From an uncultured Candidatus Bathyarchaeia archaeon (GTDB taxonomy: Archaea; Thermoproteota; Bathyarchaeia; Bathyarchaeales; SOJC01), in the NCBI GenBank assembly GCA_964348215.1, contig CAYGBS010000001.1, positions 1 to 52,653 on the forward strand: DNA of 52,653 nt, given 5' to 3'. Position 1 is the first letter of the stretch. Every line of letters begins with the position of its first letter. The notes below the pieces were generated by a model that worked only from the letters and a program-made list of their open reading frames with translations, did no database searches and was not told where the DNA came from. Below are positions 1 through 9,276 of this stretch, in pieces. The position numbers and the translations under genes were made by a program.

Positions 1-873
1 ATGTGCAACGAAAAGGGCGGAATAAAAGATGACTTCATCCTTTCAAGACAAGAAGTAAACGAATTTTTCATGGTTTACAACGCAGCTAACAGAAAGAAAA
101 ACTATGAATGGCTAACAGAAAAAGCAGAAGGTTTCAACGTAAGGATAGAAGATGTGTCAGATAACATAGCCATGTTCGCGGTCCAGGGTCCGAAGGCTCA
201 GGAAACTCTCCAGAAAATTGCCTCGGAAGACCTAAGCCAAATTGAACGATTTAAATGTAGCTGGACAAATCTTGCAGGCTTTGAAGCCTTTGTATCAAGA
301 ACAGGCTAAACTGGCGAAGACGGGTTTGAAGTCTTCATCTGGAACACTCCAGTTTCAAATCCAGAAAAGGCCGTGTCGGCATGGAACGCCATTCTTGAAG
401 CGGGAAAAGAGTTCAACATTAAGCCTTGTGGTTTAGGTGCTCGGGACACCCTAAGACTGGAAGCAGGTCTGTGTCTCTACGGAAACGACATAAACGAAGA
501 CATTACACCCCTAGAAGCAAGGATAAGCTTTGTGGTGAAGCTGAAAAAGGACAGCTTCATAGGCAAAGGAGCCTTGCTCAGGCAAAAAGCTCAAGGAATA
601 AACAAAAAGCGTATAGGTCTAAAAATGCTCGAAGCTGGAATTCCGCGCCGAAAACATGAAATCTTCAAAGCTGGAAAGAAAATAGGCTACGTAACAAGTG
701 GAACTTTCTCCCCGTTATTAAAGGGGGGCATCGCCATGGCCTACGTCCAAACTGAACACGCTGTCGAAGGTGAGACAGTTAACGTGAAAATAAGAAAGAA
801 AGAGGCAAAAGCAGAGATTGTCAAGTTTCCTTTCTACAATCGCAACCGATATGGTTACGCAAGAAAACGATGA
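1..873 (+). pseudogene. gcvT: Glycine-cleavage aminomethyltransferase (T protein). The 5' end is cut by the window edge. The frame is continuous apart from one in-frame TAA at 307-309.
   Basis: Frame 1 reads ...FEAFVSRTG*TGEDGFEVF...KPCGLGARDTLRLEAGLCLYGND.... This matches the GcvT signature SRTGYTGEDGFE, with the stop where Tyr is expected. ORFs 1..309 and 373..873 are in the same frame. Confidence 0.85.
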
Positions 874-927
874 GGCGGAATTCTTTCCGAAAACCGCAAG
901 GAAAATAAAAGAGTTCTGTCAAGTTGT

Positions 928-3147
928 TTGAACGAACTGGAGACATGGTTATTGGACCTTAGAAGCTTAATAACGCGAGAAGGAGTCTTAGCTGCTCTTC
1001 ATAGTCTGTCAAGAATAAGAATCTCCATATCTCGTTCTACGTTGCTCACATTTTCAGCTGTAACTCTTATCTTCTTTATAGCCTTCTCCATAAGGCTATT
1101 CCCCATCCGTTGGGGACTTGAACTCTCAGAATTCGATCCATATTTTCAATACCAGTTCACGGAGAAAATTGCCAAAGACGGATATTTTGATTGGGTTACA
1201 TGGAAAACCTCTGAAGCTCGTCGATGGTATCCGCTCGAAGTGTCAGTGGGACAAAAAGGCTTTCCAGGCTTACCCATGACCGCGGCAACTCTATACAACA
1301 TACTTTCGATTTTAGGCGTACCTATATCGCTTTATCATCTTTGCATAATATTTCCAGCCATCTTCGGAGCATTGGCGTGTTTGATGGCGTTTTTCTTGGG
1401 AAGTGATGTTGGAGGCAAGGCTGTAGGTCTCCTTTCGGCTTTTTTCCTCGCGTTAAATCCCTCACACATCACCAGAACCTCTGCAGGCTTCTTTGATGAC
1501 GAGACAGTTGGAATAGGGGCAATCATTCTCTTTGGCTTCTTATTTCTTAGAGCTTTGGATAAAGAACGTTCACGAAAACAATCGACAATCTACGCAGTAA
1601 CTGCTGGATTGGCGCTTGGTTACATCACTGCCTCATGGGGAGCTGCGCTCTATCCCATTGCAATGGCAACTCTTTTCGTGTTTGCTTTGATTCTGATCAG
1701 ACGTTACTCGCGTCGTCTACTTATTTCATACAGCATAACGTTTGGTCTAGGTTTGTTCATAGCAATTAACGTGCCCAAAAACTCCGTTACATACCTCACC
1801 TCTTGGGCGATCTTGCCAGCTTTAGGAGTTTTCGGTTTGCTTTGTCTCAAGGAGATACTGAACGCCACAAATACCCAAAAGTGGAAAATCATCATTACAG
1901 TGGTTTTCTTTGCCGCCATAATAGGTGGATTTCTTGCTTTATCATATCTAGGCTATACGCGCTCAATTGCTGGAAAGTTCATTCGCGTTGTGGACCCACT
2001 GCAACGGGGGCAATCACAGATCTATCAATCGGTTCAAGAGCATAGACTTACAGCTTGGGGTTCTATATACTATGACTACGGTATCGGCGTACTTTTCTTT
2101 GCGTTAGGCCTATTCTTTGCAATAAGGGACTTAACCAATCGAAACCTATACATCATTATTTTCGGTTTGACAACATTGTATTTTGCGTCCTCAATGGTTC
2201 GTTTAACCATTTTATTGGCACCAGCGTTTGGCATTTTGATGGCGATAGGGATCGTGAATTTGCTTAGGCCCTTCATCTCTCTAATGAAAAAGGCGCCCAG
2301 CTTATCCTCAGGCAAGAAATATGTCAAGGGACATGTTGGAAAGGAATTCAGCGGATCGGTTGTCATCCTTATATTCCTTCTCTTAACGCTGACATATGCA
2401 TTCCCATCACCAAGAATGTATACACATGCTTACTCGCCACCAACGATACTTTCTGCAAGCGTTCCAATAAAACCCGCAGGGGCGGTAACTGAGTGGACTG
2501 AGATGCTTGAATGGATGAAACTTAATCTTCCGGAAAAAGCAATTGTTTGCAGTTGGTGGGACTATGGGTACTGGATTACAGTGAAGGGAAATCGAACATC
2601 TCTTGCCGACAATGCTACTTTCAACTCCACGCATATAGGACAGATAGGCAGAGTGTTCATGTCCAACGAAACTCAAGCAGTAAGAATCCTGAAAGAAAAG
2701 TTCAACGGTCCAGACGGTCCACCGACACACATACTTGTCTTCACAACATTCAACAGTCTAGGAGGTGACAGTGGTTACGGTGACGAGGGCAAATGGAGAT
2801 GGATGGCTAGGATTGCCAATCAGACCGTGGCAGCTGGATTCTATCATGAGTGGGGAGATCGTGAACAATACAACACCTTTGGAAACGTAACAGAGCAAGG
2901 ACAATGGATGTGGAATGATGTGGGAAAAAACACTACGGTCTTTAAGCTGATGCAGACTGCAAAACACTCCAAAGTTTCTTCAGCAGAAGAAACACAGTTG
3001 AAGTATTTCAAGGTCTCCCACTTCTCGCCTGGAAGAGCTGTAGCGGCCATTGGGCAAGCCGAGGGTCAAACTGTCTATCTTTATGCTTTGGTTGCGCTTT
3101 ACGAAGTGGACTACCAGCAATACGAGATCGACTACCCCTCTTCTTGA
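928..3147 (+). CDS. aglB: Archaeal oligosaccharyltransferase AglB (STT3 family)
   Basis: 739 aa with a multi-TM N-terminal half. Motifs are EFDPYF in the first loop, WWDYGYWI, and DNATFNSTHI after it. TTG start. Confidence 0.9.
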   Translation: MNELETWLLDLRSLITREGVLAALHSLSRIRISISRSTLLTFSAVTLIFFIAFSIRLFPIRWGLELSEFDPYFQYQFTEKIAKDGYFDWVTWKTSEARRWYPLEVSVGQKGFPGLPMTAATLYNILSILGVPISLYHLCIIFPAIFGALACLMAFFLGSDVGGKAVGLLSAFFLALNPSHITRTSAGFFDDETVGIGAIILFGFLFLRALDKERSRKQSTIYAVTAGLALGYITASWGAALYPIAMATLFVFALILIRRYSRRLLISYSITFGLGLFIAINVPKNSVTYLTSWAILPALGVFGLLCLKEILNATNTQKWKIIITVVFFAAIIGGFLALSYLGYTRSIAGKFIRVVDPLQRGQSQIYQSVQEHRLTAWGSIYYDYGIGVLFFALGLFFAIRDLTNRNLYIIIFGLTTLYFASSMVRLTILLAPAFGILMAIGIVNLLRPFISLMKKAPSLSSGKKYVKGHVGKEFSGSVVILIFLLLTLTYAFPSPRMYTHAYSPPTILSASVPIKPAGAVTEWTEMLEWMKLNLPEKAIVCSWWDYGYWITVKGNRTSLADNATFNSTHIGQIGRVFMSNETQAVRILKEKFNGPDGPPTHILVFTTFNSLGGDSGYGDEGKWRWMARIANQTVAAGFYHEWGDREQYNTFGNVTEQGQWMWNDVGKNTTVFKLMQTAKHSKVSSAEETQLKYFKVSHFSPGRAVAAIGQAEGQTVYLYALVALYEVDYQQYEIDYPSS

Positions 3148-4025
3148 AGGCGGATAATTTGTTTCCTAAAGTCGTTGATCAACATAAACCAAATAAACCG
3201 TTAATTCCGAACGGGCTAGGTGTGCTGTATGTTTTGGTAAGCTCCGTTTACCTCTTTCTCCTTTACTATCTTGATTATGCAGCAGCGTTGCCTTTAGCTG
3301 GCTGCATTTTGTTCGGAGGATTTATGGGTCTTCTTGATGACTGGATGGACCTAAGATGGCGGTATAAGGCCTTTCTTCCAATATTTGCGTCTTTGCCCCT
3401 TGCTGTGTTGCGCGAGGGAAAACCAGTAATGGCTACGTACATTTTTGGCAAAGTGGATTTCAGCAAATTCCATCTCGGAGGCTTTCCATTGGGGGAAACA
3501 TTGTTCTATTTTGCGATAATTCCTCTAATTGTAACTGTTGCCACCAATGCTGTAAATCAGCTAGGTGGATTAAACGGCCTAGAAACAATCTGTCCCTCAA
3601 TAGTTATGATAGGTCTAATGTTCACGTCCAGCCGAAGCGTTTTGCTCTTCATTCCTTTGATCGTCTATCTCGTCTTAGCTGCTTTCAATTTTCTCGGGAA
3701 AGTTTTTGTAGGTAATACAGGTTCTTTCGCCATCGGCATCACACTTGCCTCATATTCAATTATAGCCAACAACGAGCAAACATTGCTGCTTTCAATTCTG
3801 CCCTTCATCTTTAACTCTTCTCTAATATTGCTAAACGTTTTCCTATTTGGGAAAACTGCCCACCTCGTCTTGGAAGGAACTAAATTACGTTCAAATAGCA
3901 AGCGTAGCTTAGTAACGCTAATTGCGCACAATAGACTTTTGACAGAGCGAAAACTTGTCTTGGCTGTATCGTCGCTTGTCACGCTTTCAACATTCATAGC
4001 GGTTTTTGTGTGGTCTATATGGTGA
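3144..4025 (+). CDS. Polyprenyl-phosphate HexNAc-1-phosphate transferase (MraY/WecA/Alg7 family, AglH-like)
   Basis: Polytopic membrane protein. The motif NAVNQLGGLNGLE resembles the eukaryotic/archaeal GPT motif NAINxxAGxNGLE. The TTG start overlaps the aglB stop (TTGA). Confidence 0.75.
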   Translation: MKADNLFPKVVDQHKPNKPLIPNGLGVLYVLVSSVYLFLLYYLDYAAALPLAGCILFGGFMGLLDDWMDLRWRYKAFLPIFASLPLAVLREGKPVMATYIFGKVDFSKFHLGGFPLGETLFYFAIIPLIVTVATNAVNQLGGLNGLETICPSIVMIGLMFTSSRSVLLFIPLIVYLVLAAFNFLGKVFVGNTGSFAIGITLASYSIIANNEQTLLLSILPFIFNSSLILLNVFLFGKTAHLVLEGTKLRSNSKRSLVTLIAHNRLLTERKLVLAVSSLVTLSTFIAVFVWSIW

Positions 4026-5095
4026 AAAGAGTCTTGATAACAGGTGCTGGTGGCCCAGCTGGTGTGAACTTCACGAAGTCCTTGAAAATCGCTCCAGAAA
4101 AAATGTTGTTGGTGGGCACTGAAGCAAACCAGCATTACGACAGTCTGGCCCTCACTGATAAAACGTATTTGGTGTCAAAAGCCGGTGATCCTGACTACAT
4201 TGACGAAATAAAGGAAGTTATCAAAAGAGAAAAAATCGAGTTTGTTCATCCACAACCAGATATCGAAGTGAAAGTCATTTCTGAAAACAGAGAAAGATTG
4301 AGCGCAAGCACTTTTCTTCCTTCAAAAACAGCAGTGCGCATTTGCCAAGATAAGCTTGAATCAGCTAAGAAGTGGAAAAGAAGAGATATCCCTACGGCAA
4401 AAACATTTGAGTTAAAGATCGAAAGCGATGTGAAAAGAGCTTTTGAAGAACTTGGCACACCTCTTTGGATAAGAGCCAAAAAGGGGGCGGGAGGAAGAGG
4501 AAGCACCCCTGCAAACAGTCTGGAAACGGCGGTGTCTTGGATAAATTACTGGAAATCCCGTAACATGGAATGGGAGTTCATTGCACAAGAACATTTGCGG
4601 GGAAGGAACATTGGCTTTCACAGCCTTTGGAAAGATGGCAACCTTGTCATTTCCATGGCTCGAGAGCGGTTACAATACATCTACCCACACCTCGCTCCTT
4701 CTGGAATTACTGGAACTCCTTCTGTTCAACGAACAATCCACGATGACGATGTCAACGAGGTCGCCACCGAAGCCGTGCTAGCAATCGACCCGAAATTCAA
4801 TGGCATTGCGTGTGTAGATTTGAAGGAGAACTACAAGGGAATTCCATGTGCCACTGAAATCAACTCGGGACGCATGTTCACTACTTCATTCTTCTTTTCT
4901 TACACGAGCAAGAAATTGCTTAAGAATTATCATGCAAACTTCCCCTATTTCTACATAAAACTCGCCTACAAAGAACACATACCTAACATTCGGAAATACA
5001 ACATTCTGCCAAAGGAACTCTACTGGATCAGACATATCGATGCGCCTGCAAGACTTGTCAAGGCGGGGAAAGTTGTTGGGGCAATGTATAAATGA
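4019..5095 (+). CDS. ATP-grasp family ligase (carbamoyl-phosphate-synthase-like fold), glycan tailoring
   Basis: N-terminal VLITGAGGPAG, then a typical ATP-grasp length and pattern (WIRAKKGAGGRGS). ATG 4019 overlaps the upstream stop. The track ORF begins at GTG 4010. Confidence 0.6.
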   Translation: MVKRVLITGAGGPAGVNFTKSLKIAPEKMLLVGTEANQHYDSLALTDKTYLVSKAGDPDYIDEIKEVIKREKIEFVHPQPDIEVKVISENRERLSASTFLPSKTAVRICQDKLESAKKWKRRDIPTAKTFELKIESDVKRAFEELGTPLWIRAKKGAGGRGSTPANSLETAVSWINYWKSRNMEWEFIAQEHLRGRNIGFHSLWKDGNLVISMARERLQYIYPHLAPSGITGTPSVQRTIHDDDVNEVATEAVLAIDPKFNGIACVDLKENYKGIPCATEINSGRMFTTSFFFSYTSKKLLKNYHANFPYFYIKLAYKEHIPNIRKYNILPKELYWIRHIDAPARLVKAGKVVGAMYK

Positions 5096-5586
5096 CAGTC
5101 GGCGTGGTTTTCGATTTAGAGGGAACTCTGGTTAAGCTTCCCATAGACTATGAAATGTTGTATAGGGAAATTGAAAGAGAGCTGAAAATCCGCAAGGCGA
5201 AGCCGTTGACTCAGACTTTAAAAGAACTGGACGATGAATCCCGGCAGAAAGCCTACAAACTTTGGGAACATGCAGAGCTGGAAGCATTAGCGAATATACG
5301 CCTCAGCGATGAAGGAATAGAACTCTATAAGAACTATTCCAAAAAGCCCCTTGCCCTAGTCACTATGCAAGGCAGGGTGGTTGTCAGAAAAATTCTTGAC
5401 CGTTTTCACCTGTCTTTTGCTGTCATAGTTACAAGGGAAGATGAAATAGATAGGGTGTGGCAAATTAAGAGAGCTATAGCTCAAATGGGTTTGAAGCCCC
5501 GTGATGTACTTTTTATCGGAGACAGGGACAACGATGAAGCCGCTGCGAAACAGATTGGTTGTGGATTCGTCAGGGTGATAACTTGA
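5092..5586 (+). CDS. HAD-superfamily hydrolase/phosphatase
   Basis: Motif I-like VVFDLEGTL and motif IV GDRDNDEAAA. ATGA overlap with the upstream gene. Confidence 0.65.
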   Translation: MTVGVVFDLEGTLVKLPIDYEMLYREIERELKIRKAKPLTQTLKELDDESRQKAYKLWEHAELEALANIRLSDEGIELYKNYSKKPLALVTMQGRVVVRKILDRFHLSFAVIVTREDEIDRVWQIKRAIAQMGLKPRDVLFIGDRDNDEAAAKQIGCGFVRVIT

Positions 5587-6557
5587 AGGTTTGGTACGAC
5601 GCTTGTACCGGAAAACACGTAAGGTATGGAGTAGCAGTAGCTCAGCGGCTTAGAGCGTCAGGGCATGAAGTCATATTCACGACACGAAAACACCCTGACA
5701 CTCTTGCATTATTCAAGCTACATGGCGAAATGTTCAAAGTCGTAGGCGAATATTCACCTGCTTCATCATATTCAAGACTGAAAGAAAGCTTGAAACGTCA
5801 ACTCGCTTTCTCTGAAATGTTCGAGACTGAAATTCCACACTATGCCATCTCCCACGGTTCTATAGAGCTGTGTCGTGTTGCCTTCGGACTCGGCATACCC
5901 ACGATATCAACAGCAGATGCCCCTCATGCTACTGCAGCAAATAAACTCGCACTGCCACTAGTTAATTTCGTAATCGCTTCAAAAGCAATACCAAAACGAG
6001 AATATGAAAGATTTGGAGTTAGGAAAATCATCCAATTCGACGGAGTGGATGAGGTAGCCTGGGTAAGAAACTACAAGCCTAAGCCCACCGAGTATGAAAG
6101 ACCCTTAATCGTCGTTAGACAGATGGAAACTAAAGCATCTTATGCCAAGGGAAAGAGCGACGCTACGGAAGATATAGCCAAGAAACTTGTTTCTCTAGGT
6201 AATGTGCTGTTCATCCCCCGCTATGACAGACATCTCCGATCGGGGTTAGTCGTTCCGCAGACATTTGTTGATTCTGTTAGTCTTTCAGCCGCCGCAGACT
6301 TGGTAATAAGTGTCGGTGGAACCATTTCCAGAGAAGCTGCATTACAGGGAACTCCGAGCATTGTGATTCGCACTTTCGGAATGTCTTATGTCAACAATTA
6401 TCTTTCTGAACAAGGATTTCCTCTATTCACCGTAGGGCTAAGTGAAGTGCTCAAACTAGCAAAGAGGTACCTAGGTCAAAAGTGGGATTTTAAAGAAAAA
6501 ATCGATCAGCTTGAAAATCCAATAGACTACATCGAAAGAATCGTTCGAGAGCCTTGA
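5583..6557 (+). CDS. DUF354-like protein (GT-B / epimerase-like fold) typical of archaeal glycan clusters
   Basis: The N-terminus KVWYDACTGKHVRYGVAVAQRLRASGHEVIFTTR matches my recollection of DUF354 N-termini. The likely TTG start at 5583 overlaps the HAD stop. The track ORF starts at 5559. Confidence 0.5.
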   Translation: MKVWYDACTGKHVRYGVAVAQRLRASGHEVIFTTRKHPDTLALFKLHGEMFKVVGEYSPASSYSRLKESLKRQLAFSEMFETEIPHYAISHGSIELCRVAFGLGIPTISTADAPHATAANKLALPLVNFVIASKAIPKREYERFGVRKIIQFDGVDEVAWVRNYKPKPTEYERPLIVVRQMETKASYAKGKSDATEDIAKKLVSLGNVLFIPRYDRHLRSGLVVPQTFVDSVSLSAAADLVISVGGTISREAALQGTPSIVIRTFGMSYVNNYLSEQGFPLFTVGLSEVLKLAKRYLGQKWDFKEKIDQLENPIDYIERIVREP

Positions 6558-6594
6558 TGAGATTAGACACCATTTAATTTTGCCGGCGTCCACA

Positions 6595-6602
6595 TTTATA
6601 TA
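6595..6602 (+). promoter_or_regulatory. Candidate archaeal TATA box (TTTATATA) upstream of the 6631 gene
   Basis: TTTATATA lies about 29 nt upstream of the TTG at 6631 in a 73-nt intergenic gap. The spacing fits a leaderless or short-leader transcript. Confidence 0.35.
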
Positions 6603-6630
6603 GTCTAGTGTTTTTATTGATTTTTGAGGT

Positions 6631-7494
6631 TTGACGGTGGCTAAACGGAGAGTTATGGTCCTCGGTCTAGGAGAGGTCGGACATCCTTTGTTTCAGCTAT
6701 TGAATGATTGTGGGAGGTTTAGAGTTTATGGCTGGGATATTGATGAAAAGAAGATGAGTACCATTAAGCAGGGGACATTTCCTCAAGAGGTAGAGGTGTT
6801 ACATATCTGTTATCCATGTTATGACCAGGACAAATTTGTGAAGACAACCATAGATTATGTTAGACAGTTTACACCGAAATTGGTTATTATTAATAGCACC
6901 GTTTCTCCGGGCACCACTTTGAAGGTTTATGAGGGCACTAAATGTAATCTGTCTCATTCTCCTGTTCGAGGCATCCATCGAAAGGAGAACACTATGAAAA
7001 AGGATTTGCTCTTTTGGACAAAATATATTGGAGGCGTTAATAGTGAGTCAACTGACCTGACTGTCAAGCATTTCAAAGAAATAGGATTGAAAACGAAGGC
7101 TTTACGTGGACCTGTGGAAACCGAATTGGCAAAGTTATTTGAAACAACCTACCGTGCATGGATGATTGCTGTCTTTCAGGAAATGCATAGGATTTCCCGC
7201 CATTTTGGAGCAGACTTTGACCAGGTTGTTGACATGTTAGCAGATGTACATAGAGTGCGACTAAACAAACCTCCCCATTATCCAGGGGTCATAGGAGGAC
7301 ACTGTTTGATTCCTAACACGAAGTTGCTCTTGAAGAGCTATGATTCAGAGTTCCTTCAGCTCATTTTAAAGTCAAACGAGTTCAGGAAAAAGGAGATTAA
7401 GGATAAAGGTGTTTTAAAGGAAGTGGAGAAGATCGAAAGAAGAGTGAGAGTTTTGGAAGAGAAGCTCCAAAGAAACCTGAAGCTTGCTCAATGA
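6631..7494 (+). CDS. NAD-binding UDP-sugar dehydrogenase-like protein, short form lacking the C-terminal UDP-binding domain
   Basis: Rossmann motif VLGLGEVGHP. Central-domain-like ELAKLFETTYRAWMIAVFQEMHRI and a GGHCLIPN Cys motif. Only 287 aa; an alternative ATG lies at 6655. Confidence 0.5.
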   Translation: MTVAKRRVMVLGLGEVGHPLFQLLNDCGRFRVYGWDIDEKKMSTIKQGTFPQEVEVLHICYPCYDQDKFVKTTIDYVRQFTPKLVIINSTVSPGTTLKVYEGTKCNLSHSPVRGIHRKENTMKKDLLFWTKYIGGVNSESTDLTVKHFKEIGLKTKALRGPVETELAKLFETTYRAWMIAVFQEMHRISRHFGADFDQVVDMLADVHRVRLNKPPHYPGVIGGHCLIPNTKLLLKSYDSEFLQLILKSNEFRKKEIKDKGVLKEVEKIERRVRVLEEKLQRNLKLAQ

Positions 7495-7504
7495 AGGCGC
7501 AACA

Positions 7505-8464
7505 ATGAAAGTAGTTATGATAAACGATTGTTCCTTCGTCGGAGAGACATTGACAAAATACTTTTCAGAGGACTCCAATGTAGTTCATTTGAAAAGAACT
7601 AAAGGGCTCTTTGACAAAACTGTTAAGATCTGCTGGAGGATTCTGAGATCCAACGGAGACGTTTATCATTGCCATTACTTACTTCAAGACTGCTGGCTGG
7701 CACTAAGACTCGGCAAACATCCAATTGTCGGTCATGCACATGGAAGCGATTTGAGGGACAGCATTAAAAGATTTGTCCTAGGAAGAATCGTACGTCACAA
7801 TTTGAAAAACTGCGACAAGATCGTTGTGAGTACACCAAACCTCTTAAAGACAGCAAGAAAATACAACAAAAGCGCAGAGTACGTTCCTAACTTGGTCAAT
7901 GAAAGCATATTCTGCGTTAGAGTTCCGCGAGAAACAGAAGAAAAAATAAGAATTCTGATTGCCTCAGCAAGTGATTGGAGTCTCAGAGGAACGGACAAGA
8001 TCATAAAAGCTCTCAAGAAAATTGAGCGGAATGTCGAGGTCAGTATAGTTGAATATGGAGTTGACATCAACAGAACTTTGAAACTTGCAAAGCTGCTTGG
8101 CTTGCACATGAAGGTTTTGCCCCCAGTCCCCCATTCAGACATGCCGAAATACTACTGGAGCGCTGATGTAGTTATCGGACCAATCGGAGTCGGGGGGAGT
8201 ATAGGAATGGTCGCTCTTGAGGCCATTGCGTGTGGACGACCTGTCATAACACATGTTTCATCTAAGTTTACTGAATACGAAGCCTTTCCCTTGCTGGACA
8301 TATTCACGCCAAAAGACATTGCAGACGCGGTCCTTTCGCTGAGAGACGAAAACGTTTGGGAAAAACAATATGAATACTTCAAGACGTACCATAATCCTGA
8401 AAACGTGGTAAGAAAGTTTATGAAAATCTACGATGACCTGATTGAGTTGAAGAAATGTGATTGA
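7505..8464 (+). CDS. Glycosyltransferase, GT-B fold (Glycos_transf_1 / GT4-like)
   Basis: The C-terminal half contains GMVALEAIACGRPVITH (E-x7-E region). ATG 7505 lies 10 nt after the upstream stop. Confidence 0.7.
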   Translation: MKVVMINDCSFVGETLTKYFSEDSNVVHLKRTKGLFDKTVKICWRILRSNGDVYHCHYLLQDCWLALRLGKHPIVGHAHGSDLRDSIKRFVLGRIVRHNLKNCDKIVVSTPNLLKTARKYNKSAEYVPNLVNESIFCVRVPRETEEKIRILIASASDWSLRGTDKIIKALKKIERNVEVSIVEYGVDINRTLKLAKLLGLHMKVLPPVPHSDMPKYYWSADVVIGPIGVGGSIGMVALEAIACGRPVITHVSSKFTEYEAFPLLDIFTPKDIADAVLSLRDENVWEKQYEYFKTYHNPENVVRKFMKIYDDLIELKKCD

Positions 8465-9269
8465 CTTTAGAGTTAGACTCAGAACACCAGAAGCATTAAG
8501 GGCATGGGTTCCAAAGCCAATTCCCCAATTCAAAAGATATATTGATTTCTACAAGATGAAGCCGAGGCTGACCTATCAGAGCCCTAACGAGACGATACAA
8601 GAAATGAAAGATGTTGGCATAACAAAGGCAGTGTTATGTTCTGGAAGTGCTGAAGGAAACGAACTCATCGCTAAGATGTGTGGCGAGTATGGCGACGTTT
8701 TCATCGGAATCGCAGGGACACGGTTGGAGGATGGGATAATGAAGGCTTATGCAGAATTGGAAAAGTCATTAAGAACAGGTTTTCTAGGCTTTAATTTTGG
8801 TGGGCTCCTTCAAAATCCCCCCATGGCAATAGATGACAGAAAGCTCTACCCATTGTTTGCTCTCTGTGTTGACCACGGCGTGTGTGCAATCATCCATTCT
8901 TCTTTACATTACTACTCTGGAGCAAAACTCCATTTGAACCATCCATTCAGAATTGACAATATTGCAGTTGACTTCCCTGATTTGCGCATAGTAATGTCTC
9001 ACGCGGGTAACGGTTTCGGTGACCTGCCTCTAGTATTAGCAAATCGTCATCCAAACGTTTACCTAGAAGTCAGCGCACTGCGACCAAAACATCTGCCGCA
9101 GTCCTACATCAAGGCTATGAACAAGTATCTCAAGCACAAATTCATTTACGGAAGCGACTATCCTCTGCTACCGTTCACAATAGCTAATGACTGGAAACAG
9201 CATGTTAGGGAAGAGAACCACGCAAGGTTCTTCCATGAAAATGCGATGAACGCCCTTTTGAATCGGTGA
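8457..9269 (+). CDS. Amidohydrolase-2 family metal-dependent hydrolase (TIM barrel)
   Basis: Pattern IIHSSLH ... IVMSHAG ... YGSDYP typical of the amidohydrolase_2 family. GTG start overlaps the upstream gene. Confidence 0.6.
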   Translation: MIDFRVRLRTPEALRAWVPKPIPQFKRYIDFYKMKPRLTYQSPNETIQEMKDVGITKAVLCSGSAEGNELIAKMCGEYGDVFIGIAGTRLEDGIMKAYAELEKSLRTGFLGFNFGGLLQNPPMAIDDRKLYPLFALCVDHGVCAIIHSSLHYYSGAKLHLNHPFRIDNIAVDFPDLRIVMSHAGNGFGDLPLVLANRHPNVYLEVSALRPKHLPQSYIKAMNKYLKHKFIYGSDYPLLPFTIANDWKQHVREENHARFFHENAMNALLNR

Positions 9270-9276
9270 AGGTACC

